Virus record (IMG/VR): IMGVR_UViG_3300048576_000441 | Coordinates: 1 to 37,537 of that record | Reading direction: 5' to 3' (one strand) | Source: a virus | Taxonomy: Duplodnaviria; Caudoviricetes | DNA length: 37,537 nucleotides | In this document: in pieces, positions 25,626-34,414 of the stretch | Numbering within the stretch: the stretch's first letter is position 1 | How the letters are laid out: the number at the start of each line of letters is the position of its first letter | Position numbers and translations under genes: made by a program | Notes under the pieces: model-generated | The model's input: only the letters and a program-made list of their open reading frames with translations | What the model was told of the DNA's origin: nothing | The model's database searches: none

Positions 25626-25669
25626 AACTACTCACCGCCGTTGACATGAGTACAATAGTATTCTAGACG
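25618..25669 (+). promoter_or_regulatory. Early promoter with two putative operators
   Basis: TTGACA (25641-46), 17 nt spacer, TAGACG (25664-69). Imperfect palindromes TCGTAC-AAAA-CTACTC (25618-33) and GAGTAC-AATA-GTATTC (25648-63). Confidence 0.65.
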
Positions 25670-25728
25670 TGAACCAACACACACATGGCACACGCCCACA
25701 CAAAAGCTAGCCACAGAGGAATAAGCCT

Positions 25729-25956
25729 ATGATGTTGCGGACCTCCAGGGATGTTCGAGATGAGTTCCAGCGCAAGGGCGTTTCGGTCGCCGCTTGGGCC
25801 AGGGCCAACGGGTTCGAGACCAACTTGGTCTTCGAAGTCCTCTCCGGTCGCAAGAAGGGGGTGCGCGGCCAGAGCCACAAGATCGCCGTCAAGCTGGGCC
25901 TCAAGGCGGGCGAAATCGTCGAGGATTGCGACATCGCCACAGCCATCAACCAATAG
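25729..25956 (+). CDS. Ner/Cro-like DNA-binding protein (BcepMu gp16 family-like)
   Basis: Motif GVSVAAWARANGF...RGQSHKIAVKLGLK; first early gene. Confidence 0.85.
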   Translation: MMLRTSRDVRDEFQRKGVSVAAWARANGFETNLVFEVLSGRKKGVRGQSHKIAVKLGLKAGEIVEDCDIATAINQ

Positions 25957-26013
25957 GCCCGGTCATGCGGTCTTGTGTTGAACATCCTTTAACCCAGCCT
26001 GCGGGGGCCTGCA

Positions 26014-26463
26014 ATGTCTAAGCGTGGGCCGATTCTTGTCCAGGGGATGGTGCAACTGACCCTTCCTTTGTCAAGCCTGCCTTCGCAACAGGCGAAAACC
26101 GGCTCCCTGCGTACATCCGAGACCGTCAAGGAAGCGCTGCGCAACGCCCTTCGCGGCTGCGGCCTCTCTCGCGAGGTGGTAGCGGACGAGCTGACCCGCC
26201 TCACCGGCGAACAAATTTCCGTCCACCAGATCAACAACTGGGCCGCGCCCGGAAAAGGCGATCGGTCCATCCCCCTTGAGCAGTTAGCTGCGCTCACGGC
26301 CGTAACCGGAGACGCCGGACTTGCCCGCGCCGCACTGGAGTGCGCCGGGTGGGCCGTGCTGCGTCCGGACGAAGTGCCATTCTACGAGTTGGGCCGCCTG
26401 ACGGCGGAGGATCGCGCGCGAACCCGCAAGCGGCGTGAAATTTTGGATCGCATCAAGACGTAG
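26014..26463 (+). CDS. Putative HTH regulatory protein (CII-like)
   Basis: Sequence SREVVADELTRLTGEQISVHQINNWAAP; position in the early operon. Confidence 0.6.
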   Translation: MSKRGPILVQGMVQLTLPLSSLPSQQAKTGSLRTSETVKEALRNALRGCGLSREVVADELTRLTGEQISVHQINNWAAPGKGDRSIPLEQLAALTAVTGDAGLARAALECAGWAVLRPDEVPFYELGRLTAEDRARTRKRREILDRIKT

Positions 26464-26472
26464 GAGTTGAAC

Positions 26473-26778
26473 ATGGCCAAGAATTCCACCACCTCCGCCC
26501 GGCGCGCGTTGCGCGTGCTCAAGGCGCTCCGGGGCCACAGCCTCACCGGACTGTCCAACAAGGAGCTGGCCGAGGGGCTGCGCGAGAGCCCGCCGAACGT
26601 CACCCGCGCCCTCCAGGACCTGGAGGCCGAGGGGCTGGCCACCAAGCTGGACACGGGCCGCTGGGCCCTCAGCGTGGCCATGCTCCAGCTCGCCCACGCC
26701 TACACCGCCGAGGTGGACGCGATGCAGGGCCGCATTGTCGAGATGTCCCGCCGCGTCGCCGCAGGGGCGATGCGCTAA
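26473..26778 (+). CDS. IclR-type HTH DNA-binding protein
   Basis: AGGAG RBS. RALRVLKALRGHSLTGLSNKELA...VTRAL is typical of B3-like early operons. Confidence 0.78.
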   Translation: MAKNSTTSARRALRVLKALRGHSLTGLSNKELAEGLRESPPNVTRALQDLEAEGLATKLDTGRWALSVAMLQLAHAYTAEVDAMQGRIVEMSRRVAAGAMR

Positions 26779-26794
26779 CCCCAAGGAGAGACTC

Positions 26795-27745
26795 ATGGCA
26801 CAGGACAAGACGCAAGACGGCGTCACCGATGCTCGCGCAGCCGAGCTGATGGACATGCAAAACGCGGGCGCGGTGGCCGATACGGCCGTGCTCGCATATG
26901 GCGACACCTTCAAAGCTCTGGGGCGCATCGAGGGCATGGATTTTCTTCGACGCGTCGGAGATATTGCCATCGCCCAAACCTTCATCGGAGTGCGCGAATC
27001 TAAGAAGTACAAGGGGTTGCCGTACAAGGACGCTGACGGGAATCTTCGACACGTCGAAGATTTTGATGAGTTCTGCCGGGAGTTCTTCGGCAAGTCGTAT
27101 ACGCGCTGCTACGAGCTGTCGAAAAACCTCCATCTTCTGGGCCCCGAGCTGTACGAAAGCGCCGAGCGCATCGGCTTCAAGGCCCGCGACTACGCCGCCC
27201 TCAAGGCCCTGCCCGAGGCCGAGCAGGAGATCGTCAAGACCGCGCTTGCGGCGGACGACAAGGCCCAGGTCGTGGAGATCCTGCAGGACCTGGCCGCCCG
27301 CCACCAGTCCGAGCGCGCCGCCGCCAAGAAGGAGGCGGACGACATGCGGGCCGACCTGGACGCGCGCGACAAGCTGCTCGCCGACAAGGGCGACAAGCTC
27401 GACAAGACCCAGATGGAGCTGGAGAAGCTCAAGAGCCTGCCGCCGAACAAGGCGGAGGTGTTGCGCCTGGAGCGCGAGGAGGAGGCCGCCAAGGTCCTGA
27501 CCCTCGCCGTGGTCGAAGCGCAGGCCGCCGTCAACGGCCTGCTCGGCAAGCTGGCCGCGATCAAGGCCGCCGAGGTCAGCGTCTACACCAAGCAGCACGC
27601 CGACCAGGTCGCCTCCTGGTTTTGCCAGCAGGTGCAGCTCTCCCTGCAGGAGAGCGGCATCCAGGCGGACATGGCGGAGATCGTCCTGCCGGAGTGGATG
27701 CGCGACGTGGCCAAGGCCTCCCCGGTCGATCTGGAGGGTAAGTAG
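26795..27745 (+). CDS. Conserved early protein preceding the transposase (DUF3102-like, coiled coil)
   Basis: ATG 26795 with AAGGAG RBS. Sequence KKYKGL...FDEFC...LG.ELYE.AERIG. Confidence 0.7.
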   Translation: MAQDKTQDGVTDARAAELMDMQNAGAVADTAVLAYGDTFKALGRIEGMDFLRRVGDIAIAQTFIGVRESKKYKGLPYKDADGNLRHVEDFDEFCREFFGKSYTRCYELSKNLHLLGPELYESAERIGFKARDYAALKALPEAEQEIVKTALAADDKAQVVEILQDLAARHQSERAAAKKEADDMRADLDARDKLLADKGDKLDKTQMELEKLKSLPPNKAEVLRLEREEEAAKVLTLAVVEAQAAVNGLLGKLAAIKAAEVSVYTKQHADQVASWFCQQVQLSLQESGIQADMAEIVLPEWMRDVAKASPVDLEGK

Positions 27746-28054
27746 ATGCAAACCGGAGCCGAACTCATCGCGGAAGAGCGGGCACGTCAGATCATCGACA
27801 AGGGCTACACGCCCGAGCACGACGAGCAGCACAAGGATGGCGAGCTTGCTGCGGCGGCCATCAGCTACACGGCGGAGGCCTTGGGGCTCAAACAACACGG
27901 CGTCAGCCAGCCCTTGCTCTGGCCTTGGGACCCTAAAGACTGGAAGCCCGAGGACAGCCAGCTTGAGAACCTAATCAAGGCGGGCGCATTCCTCGCGGCC
28001 GAAATCGATCGCATCCAGGCCGACGTCATGAGACGCATGGAGGTCGTGAAGTGA
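27746..28054 (+). CDS. Hypothetical phage protein
   Basis: GGAGG RBS and coupled on both sides. Motif ERARQI..GYTPEHD...ELAAAA..Y...WPW...WKP...LIKAGA...AEIDR, which I recognise from other phage accessory genes. Confidence 0.7.
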   Translation: MQTGAELIAEERARQIIDKGYTPEHDEQHKDGELAAAAISYTAEALGLKQHGVSQPLLWPWDPKDWKPEDSQLENLIKAGAFLAAEIDRIQADVMRRMEVVK

Positions 28055-29808
28055 TCACGACGGCCGGCGAGACGACCTACCTGCTCGAATTGCGCGAGCG
28101 CCTGCAGGCTGCGCCGCATGGCGGCAAGGCCGCCATCGTGGCCAGCGCCGCCCAGCTGCTCGCCTGCTCGGCGCAGGAGGTCTACCGCCGGCTGAAGGCC
28201 GTGGGCTACGACACCGGGCGCAAGCGCCGCTCGGACCGTGGCCGCAGCCTGGTCACCAAGGACGTGGCCCTGGAGGCCGCGGCCCTGATCCAGGGCGCCC
28301 GCCGCAAGACGGGCAAGAAGACCATGCCCCTGACCGAGGCCCTGGAGATCCTGCGTGACAACGGCCACGGCTCCGTGGATCCCGCCACCGGCGAGGTCGC
28401 GCTGCCCACCTCCGCCGTCACGCTCTCCCGCAAGATGCGCCAGTTCGGCTGCCATCCGGCCATGCTGGAGCAGGGCAAGCCCCACGTCCAGATGCGCAGC
28501 CTGCACCCCAACCACGTCTGGCAGGTTGATGCCTCCCTGTGCGTGCTCTTCTACCTGCCGAAGGCCGGCCTCCAGGTGATGGAGGAGGGCGTCTACTACA
28601 AGAACAAAATCAAGAACCTGGAGAAGGTCTCCAAGGAGCGCGTCTGGCGCTACGTCATCACGGACCACTACTCCGGCGCGCTCTATGTCCGCTACGTCCT
28701 GGCCGCCGGCGAGACCGCCGAGAACCTGGCGGAAACCTTCCTGCAGGCCATCCAGCCGCGCGGGGATGACGACCCGATCCACGGCGTGCCGCTTGCCCTG
28801 ATGATGGACATCGGTTCGGCCAACACCTCCCACCTGTTCCTCAATCTGCTGGCCAACCTGCGGGTCGAGGTCATGGTCCACAAGCCGGGCAACTCTCGCG
28901 CCAAGGGTCAGGTCGAGCAAGGCCAACACCTTGTCGAGCAGCAGTTCGAGGGCCGGCTGGCGTACATGTCGGTCCAAAGCATTGAGCAGCTCCAGGCAGC
29001 GGCCGACCGCTGGCGCAAGCACTACAACGCCTGGGCGGTCCACACCCGCCACCACCGGACCCGCAACGCCCTGTGGCTCCGCATCACCGAGGACCAGCTG
29101 CGCATCGCCCCGAGCATGGAGCTGTGCCGGGAGCTGGTCACCTCCAAGCCCACCGAGGTCACGGTGAGCGAAGGCATGACCATCACCCACTCGGTCAAGG
29201 GCTTTGGCCGGCAGACCTACGATCTGCGCGGGCTCCAGGGCGTGGTGCCGAAGATGAAGGTCTCGGTGATGGTCAACCCGTACCGGGCCCCGGCCGCGGA
29301 CGTGGCTGTGACGGACGAACGCGGCGACGAAACCGTGTGGACCGTGGAGCCGGTGCAGAGGGACGAGGCGGGCTTCCGCGTGGACTCGCCCGTTTGGGGC
29401 AAGGAATACAAGACCCTGCCGGATACCGTGGCCGATCAGCGCAACAAGGAGATCGAGGCCGCCGGCGTCGTGGCCGGGCGCAAGACGGGCGTGGCCCCCT
29501 TCGGCCTGGACATCGAGGCGGACATCGCCGCCGCCCCGTCCCCGGCCTACCTGCCGCGCCGCGGCCGGGACCTGGGCCTCGACGCCGCCCGCCGCGAGAT
29601 CCCGCCCCTGTCCCACGTGGAGGCCGCCAAGGCCCTCAAGGCCCAGCTGGGCCCGGACTGGACCACCGAGCGCTACGCCTGGCTGGTGCAGCGCTATCCC
29701 AATGGAGTCCCCGCTGATCAGATTGACGAAATCGCAGCGCGCCTTGCCACGCCGGCCACCCCGGCCGGGGCCGTGCTCAAGGTCGTTGCCGGAGGTGCAG
29801 CGTGCTGA
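28051..29808 (+). CDS. DDE transposase (MuA functional equivalent, rve-type)
   Basis: Candidate catalytic triad WQVD, MMD and AKGQVE; N-terminal RKRRSDRG motif. Confidence 0.92.
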   Translation: MITTAGETTYLLELRERLQAAPHGGKAAIVASAAQLLACSAQEVYRRLKAVGYDTGRKRRSDRGRSLVTKDVALEAAALIQGARRKTGKKTMPLTEALEILRDNGHGSVDPATGEVALPTSAVTLSRKMRQFGCHPAMLEQGKPHVQMRSLHPNHVWQVDASLCVLFYLPKAGLQVMEEGVYYKNKIKNLEKVSKERVWRYVITDHYSGALYVRYVLAAGETAENLAETFLQAIQPRGDDDPIHGVPLALMMDIGSANTSHLFLNLLANLRVEVMVHKPGNSRAKGQVEQGQHLVEQQFEGRLAYMSVQSIEQLQAAADRWRKHYNAWAVHTRHHRTRNALWLRITEDQLRIAPSMELCRELVTSKPTEVTVSEGMTITHSVKGFGRQTYDLRGLQGVVPKMKVSVMVNPYRAPAADVAVTDERGDETVWTVEPVQRDEAGFRVDSPVWGKEYKTLPDTVADQRNKEIEAAGVVAGRKTGVAPFGLDIEADIAAAPSPAYLPRRGRDLGLDAARREIPPLSHVEAAKALKAQLGPDWTTERYAWLVQRYPNGVPADQIDEIAARLATPATPAGAVLKVVAGGAAC

Positions 29809-31013
29809 ATTTGAAGACGATCATCGACGGCCTGCCCGAGCTGTCCCAGCGCATGGTGGCCGACGCGGCCGGCATGAGCCCGGCCGCATTCTGCCAGCTC
29901 GTCAACCGCGACGCGTGGCCCAAGCGCGTGGGCATGGGCGAGATCCGCCAGCGCATCGAGGACTGCCTGCTGCAGCACGGCGTCAGCCGCGAGCAGCTGC
30001 GCGACGCCTTTGTGCGGGCCGGCGTGCGCAAGCACGAGACCAACTACACGCACCAGTCCAAGGCAAATCTTACGGCCGCCACGGCCGAACCCGAACAGGA
30101 GGGCAACATCATGCTTTTGCGGAGACAGGGGCTTTTCCCCGAGACCAAGCGGCATTTCAAATTGGTTCGCAACCCCTTCCAGAACGACGTCCAGGATCCC
30201 GCCGACGTCTTCCTGTCGGCGGACATCCGCTACGTGCGCGAGGCCATGTACGCCACCGCGCGCCACGGCGGGCTCATGGCCGTGGCCGGCGAGAGCGGCA
30301 GCGGCAAGACCATCCTGCGCCGCGACCTGCTCGACCGGCTGGCGCGCGACGGCAAGCCCGTGCTGGTTGTTGAGCCCTACGTGCTGGGCATGGAGGACAC
30401 GGAGCGCCTGGGCAAGACCTTGCGCAGCACGCACATCGCCGAGGCCATCCTGCGCACGGTGGCTCCGCTGGCGACCGTGGCCAGCAGCCCGGAGGCGCGC
30501 TTCCGCCAGGTCCACCGCGTGCTCACGGAGAGCAAGCGCGCGGGCAACACGCACGTGCTGATCATCGAGGAGGCGCACGATCTCTCCATCCAGCTGCTCA
30601 AGCACCTCAAGCGCTACCTTGAGCTGACGGACGGCCTGACTCCGCTCATCGGGATCCTGCTCATCGGCCAGACCGAGCTCAAGTCCAAGCTCTCCGAAAG
30701 CAACTACCAGGTGCGCGAGGTGGTCCAGCGCTGCGAGCTGGTGGAGCTGCCGCCCCTGCGCGGCGGCGACCTGTCGGCCTACCTGGCGTTCAAGTTCGCG
30801 CGGGTGGGCATCAACGACCTCAGCCAGATCATCACCGAGGACGGCGTGGAGGCCCTGCGCGAGCGGCTGACCGGACAGTCCGGCCAGCGCGGCCGGGACG
30901 GCGTGAGCCTCTGCTACCCGCTCGCCGTGGGCAACTTCACGACCGCCGCGCTCAACACCGCCGCCGAGATCGGCGCGCCCGTGGTCACGGCCGACGTGGT
31001 CCGCAACGTGTAG
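29802..31013 (+). CDS. Transposition AAA+ ATPase (MuB equivalent, ExeA-like) with N-terminal HTH
   Basis: Walker A GESGSGKT, Walker B LIIEEAH and REVVQRCE; overlaps the end of the transposase gene. Confidence 0.9.
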   Translation: MLNLKTIIDGLPELSQRMVADAAGMSPAAFCQLVNRDAWPKRVGMGEIRQRIEDCLLQHGVSREQLRDAFVRAGVRKHETNYTHQSKANLTAATAEPEQEGNIMLLRRQGLFPETKRHFKLVRNPFQNDVQDPADVFLSADIRYVREAMYATARHGGLMAVAGESGSGKTILRRDLLDRLARDGKPVLVVEPYVLGMEDTERLGKTLRSTHIAEAILRTVAPLATVASSPEARFRQVHRVLTESKRAGNTHVLIIEEAHDLSIQLLKHLKRYLELTDGLTPLIGILLIGQTELKSKLSESNYQVREVVQRCELVELPPLRGGDLSAYLAFKFARVGINDLSQIITEDGVEALRERLTGQSGQRGRDGVSLCYPLAVGNFTTAALNTAAEIGAPVVTADVVRNV

Positions 31014-31032
31014 CCCCGCAAAGGAGATCGCC

Positions 31033-31221
31033 ATGATCCAGCAGAAGATCAACAGCGTGGCCAACCGGCTGCGCGAGCTGGGCGGCCAGGTCAGCCCCGA
31101 GCACTACGAGGTCATCCGCGCCGCCTGCGCCGAGCTGCTCGACGCATCCGAAAGCGCGCGCCGCCTGGAGGCGGCCACGCTGGCCATCACCATATCCGCC
31201 ATCAACATCACCATCCAGTAA
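31033..31221 (+). CDS. Hypothetical 62-aa protein
   Basis: AAGGAG RBS; fills the gap between the ATPase and DUF3164 genes. Confidence 0.65.
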   Translation: MIQQKINSVANRLRELGGQVSPEHYEVIRAACAELLDASESARRLEAATLAITISAINITIQ

Positions 31222-31232
31222 GGAGGCCCAAC

Positions 31233-31829
31233 GTGGAAGGCTACATGGAGAACGCCCAGGGGCACCAGGTGCCGCTGGACCAAGTCAAAGAGATCGACAA
31301 GCTCCGGCACGAGCTGGTCATGGAGGCCGTGGGCAAGGTCAAGCTGATGCGCACCGCGCTCGCCGACCTCAAGGGCGCGCTGATGTCCGACGTGGGCGCA
31401 TTCGTGCAGCTCAGCGGCGAGAAGTACGACGTCAAGGTCGGCGGCAACAAGGGCAACGTGACGCTGCTCTCCTACGACGGCAAATACAAGATCATCCGCC
31501 AGATGGCCGAGGACATCACCTTCGGCGAACAGCTCCAGGCCGCCAAGGCGCTCATCGACGAGTGTCTGCGCGACTGGACCGAGGGCGCCCGCAGCGAGCT
31601 GCGCGCGCTGGTGGACCAGGCCTTCCAAGTGGACAAGGAAGGCAACATCTCGACCACGCGCATCCTGGGCCTGCGCCGCCTGGAAATCAGCGACGGCCGC
31701 TGGCTGCGCGCCATGCAGGCCATCGGCGACAGCATCCAGGTCACGGGCACCAAGCCCTACATCCGCATCTACGAGCGCAACGAGTCCGGCGCGTATGTCG
31801 CCATCCCGTTGGACATCGCGGCGCTCTAA
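31233..31829 (+). CDS. DUF3164-family Mu-like early protein
   Basis: Motifs GGNKGNVTLLSYDG, LQAAKALIDECL and AFQVDKEG; AAGGAGG RBS. Confidence 0.88.
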   Translation: MEGYMENAQGHQVPLDQVKEIDKLRHELVMEAVGKVKLMRTALADLKGALMSDVGAFVQLSGEKYDVKVGGNKGNVTLLSYDGKYKIIRQMAEDITFGEQLQAAKALIDECLRDWTEGARSELRALVDQAFQVDKEGNISTTRILGLRRLEISDGRWLRAMQAIGDSIQVTGTKPYIRIYERNESGAYVAIPLDIAAL

Positions 31830-31859
31830 ACCGGGAACCCGAAACGCAGGAGAGCAACC

Positions 31860-32441
31860 ATGGAAAAGGACGACGGCCAGCTCTACGGGTACGTCGATTC
31901 ATGGAAGGGGCGTCCGGTTCGAAAGTTCCGACTGCACGCATGGCTGGACATAGAAAAGCGCAAGGCCCTGTACGGGGTCCAGGTTCTTGAAGTTGGCACA
32001 AATGGCTATGCGCACGTGATCACCGAAAACGGGCAGCCCGTCCTTTTTGAAAAGGAAGCGGACGCACTTGAATATGGGATGAACTTCCTCGCCAACCATG
32101 CAGCCACCAGCGTGGCGGCGCCGGCCCATAAAACGACGGAGGGCAACATGACTCAGCAGGATCTGATCAACCGCGTCAACCAGCGTATCAGCCCCATTTA
32201 CGGATCCAACGCTGCCCGCGTGTCGGCCACCATGGCGGCCCTGGGCGAGGTCGCTGCCGAGACGCTCAAGGACGGCGGCGAGGTCACGTTTCCCGGCGGC
32301 CTCCTTGGCAAGCTGGTGGTGGTGGCGACCGCGGCGCGCACGCGCCGCAACCCGCGCACCGGAGCCCCGGTGCAGGTTCCGGCCGGGCGGGCGGCGCGGT
32401 TCAAGGCGGCCGCGAAGCTCAAGGCCGCGTTGAAGGACTAG
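31860..32441 (+). CDS. HU-like DNA-binding protein (from ATG 32148) fused in frame to a 96-aa unknown N-terminal domain
   Basis: C-terminal HU signature ARTRRNPRTG...VPA...RFK. RBSs precede both ATG 31860 (AGGAG) and ATG 32148 (GGAGG). Confidence 0.8.
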   Translation: MEKDDGQLYGYVDSWKGRPVRKFRLHAWLDIEKRKALYGVQVLEVGTNGYAHVITENGQPVLFEKEADALEYGMNFLANHAATSVAAPAHKTTEGNMTQQDLINRVNQRISPIYGSNAARVSATMAALGEVAAETLKDGGEVTFPGGLLGKLVVVATAARTRRNPRTGAPVQVPAGRAARFKAAAKLKAALKD

Positions 32442-32450
32442 GGGGCGGAC

Positions 32451-33008
32451 ATGGATTACCAGCGCTACATCGGCGAGGGGCCGGAAGCGACGGCGCTCAT
32501 CGACGAGTGCCATGCCCGCAAGAAGGCCATAAACGACGCCATCCTCGCATTCCAACAGCGGCATGGGTTCCAAAACTCCTGGAAAACTTTTGACGAGTTG
32601 TTCGGTGGGCCCATCACAGAGAAAGAAATGAGCAAGGATGAAGCCCGCGCTCGCGGGCTCAAGCTGCACTGCCGCATTGATGTGGCCGCCTACGCCTATG
32701 AGCCCCACCTTGGATGCGCCGCCGGCAAGCAGCTGCAGGCGGAGATCAAGGAGATCAACAAGATCGCATTCGATGCGAGCAAGCACATCCTTAAGGCCAC
32801 GGGCATGTCGCACACGGTCATCGGGCCGCACGCAGAATCCCGGAGCGGGCAATGCATTGCGCACTCCACCGCAGGGTACGCATCCGGAAAGATTGTGGTC
32901 CAGGTCCCCATCGGTCGTCAGATGCGGGACTCTTACCCTATGCCCACTCCGCCGCCCTGGCTGCGCGAAGCCAAGGAATCCGAGGTCTTGGCCTTATACG
33001 GCAAGTAG
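32451..33008 (+). CDS. Hypothetical protein (185 aa)
   Basis: Open frame tiling the early operon. Confidence 0.65.
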   Translation: MDYQRYIGEGPEATALIDECHARKKAINDAILAFQQRHGFQNSWKTFDELFGGPITEKEMSKDEARARGLKLHCRIDVAAYAYEPHLGCAAGKQLQAEIKEINKIAFDASKHILKATGMSHTVIGPHAESRSGQCIAHSTAGYASGKIVVQVPIGRQMRDSYPMPTPPPWLREAKESEVLALYGK

Positions 33009-33009
33009 C

Positions 33010-33073
33010 GCGAAACCGCCCCAACGCGGGGCGGTCGGCCGGACGTGGTGGTCCAGCCCTGATGAGCAGCCAC
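33010..33073 (+). ncRNA. Hammerhead ribozyme, type II
   Basis: GAAA at 33012-15; stem III 33015-22/33028-35; GUC cleavage triplet 33034-36; stem I 33037-44/33051-58; CUGAUGA 33059-65; 2-bp stem II; loop I GUGGU can pair with GCCAC at 33069-73. Confidence 0.9.
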
Positions 33074-33093
33074 CAACCGACAGGGAGGCGAAC

Positions 33094-33801
33094 ATGGGAC
33101 ACGAGCGCATCATAGAGAGGATTCGCAAGCTGTTGTCGCTGGCAAAGTCCGACAACGAACACGAAGCGGCGAACGCAGCGGCGAAGGCGCAGGAGCTGTT
33201 GTCCCAATACAACCTCTCCATGTCGGACATTCCCGCCGGTGATGACGGCAAGGTCCATGCGGACACGGCCAGGGCAAAGACGCGGGTGCGCCTCGAAAGG
33301 TGGGCGAAGGCCCTGGCCTGCCGCACTGGTAAGGCATTCGACTGCGCCTACTACCATTCGCTTGGCGGGCACACCTGCTTTGTCGGTGTCGGTGCGGATC
33401 AGCAAGTCTGCGCCTGGACGTACGGCTATCTCTACAAAACGCTGCTGCGCATGGGGTCAAAGTACATGCAGACGCCTCGGTGCCGCCGGTTGCGCAGCAG
33501 CCGCAGCAAGTCCCTGGCCCGCGAGTCTTATCTCCTCGGGGCTGTATGGTCCATCTCTGACAGGCTGGAGGCCCAGCGCGAGCGCACTCCCGTTACTCAA
33601 GCGGCCCTTGTTCCAGTCAAAGAGGATGCCATCCGGGCTGCGATGCCGGATGGATTACGGTCCCGCAATCTGGACTTCAAAGGCATTCGCGACGCCGACC
33701 TGGAGGCCGGGTTCACTGATGGTTTGGGCGTGCCGCTCTCAACTCCACTGATTGCGGACCACCAGGATCCTTTGGTGGGCGCGACGGAGGTGCGGCAATG
33801 A
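33094..33801 (+). CDS. DUF2786-domain protein
   Basis: ATG 33094 with GGAGG RBS. Motif RIRKLLSLAKSDNEHEAANAAAKAQELL. Confidence 0.85.
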   Translation: MGHERIIERIRKLLSLAKSDNEHEAANAAAKAQELLSQYNLSMSDIPAGDDGKVHADTARAKTRVRLERWAKALACRTGKAFDCAYYHSLGGHTCFVGVGADQQVCAWTYGYLYKTLLRMGSKYMQTPRCRRLRSSRSKSLARESYLLGAVWSISDRLEAQRERTPVTQAALVPVKEDAIRAAMPDGLRSRNLDFKGIRDADLEAGFTDGLGVPLSTPLIADHQDPLVGATEVRQ

Positions 33802-33977
33802 TCTGGGGTCAGCTTTTCGCCGGCGTTCTTGTGTTTATGTTTGTCCTCAACTTCTGGTGCTTTTACAGCATGAAAGGCATGTTCACCGGATTCCTCCTCA
33901 TGGGCGTGGCAAGCATCCTTGGAGCCGCCAGCGGTTGGCTGGCGCGGTTCATCCTCGACATACTGAAAGGAGTCTAG
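33798..33977 (+). CDS. Small two-TM membrane protein (59 aa, absent from the ORF track)
   Basis: GGAGG RBS and ATGA overlap. Translation: MIWGQLFAGVLVFMFVLNFWCFYSMKGMFTGFLLMGVASILGAASGWLARFILDILKGV. Confidence 0.7.
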   Translation: MIWGQLFAGVLVFMFVLNFWCFYSMKGMFTGFLLMGVASILGAASGWLARFILDILKGV

Positions 33978-33979
33978 GC

Positions 33980-34195
33980 ATGCTGCGAATCACCCCCGAC
34001 ATGTACATCGCCATGGTCTCGGACATCCTGGACCACAGCCAAAAGCATCTCAACGAGTGCCGCGCGCTGCTCCGGGAGATCGGCAATCCGGACCTGTCGG
34101 CCCGCGAAAAGCTGGCCTACATCAACAGTCTCAAGATGCATCTTGGTGTCATCGAGGGCGACGCCAAGCGCTCGATCATCACCATCGGGGAGTAG
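33980..34195 (+). CDS. Hypothetical 71-aa protein
   Basis: AAGGAG RBS; ATG 33980 (MLRITPDMY...). Confidence 0.65.
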   Translation: MLRITPDMYIAMVSDILDHSQKHLNECRALLREIGNPDLSAREKLAYINSLKMHLGVIEGDAKRSIITIGE

Positions 34196-34198
34196 ACC

Positions 34199-34414
34199 AT
34201 GAGCGACCGCTTCACCCTCGTCCGCGGCGCGTTCGGCACGCCGGCCGTGTACGACACGCAGCGCAAGCGCGTCCTGGTGGTCATGCCCTTCGACATGGAT
34301 CTGCCGGAGCCCCTGCGCAACGAGGCGGCCACGCGCATCGCCGAGCTGTGCCTGTGGGCCGTCAACCGCGCGCGCAACGACGTCCTGGCCAAGCTGGACG
34401 GGAGGACATCATGA
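34199..34414 (+). CDS. Hypothetical 71-aa protein
   Basis: GGAG RBS; ATGA-coupled to the ASCH gene. Confidence 0.65.
   Translation: MSDRFTLVRGAFGTPAVYDTQRKRVLVVMPFDMDLPEPLRNEAATRIAELCLWAVNRARNDVLAKLDGRTS

Noticed and set aside
28051-31013. Transposase plus ATPase as a standalone IS21/Tn7/CAST element or a type II secretion ExeA
   Set aside because: The pair is embedded in a coupled phage early operon with Ner, GemA and Mor. There are no flanking IS ends, no TniQ or Cas genes and no secretion genes.
33015-33035. GC hairpin after the 33008 stop read as an intrinsic terminator
   Set aside because: No U-tract; it is fully explained as stem III of the hammerhead ribozyme.
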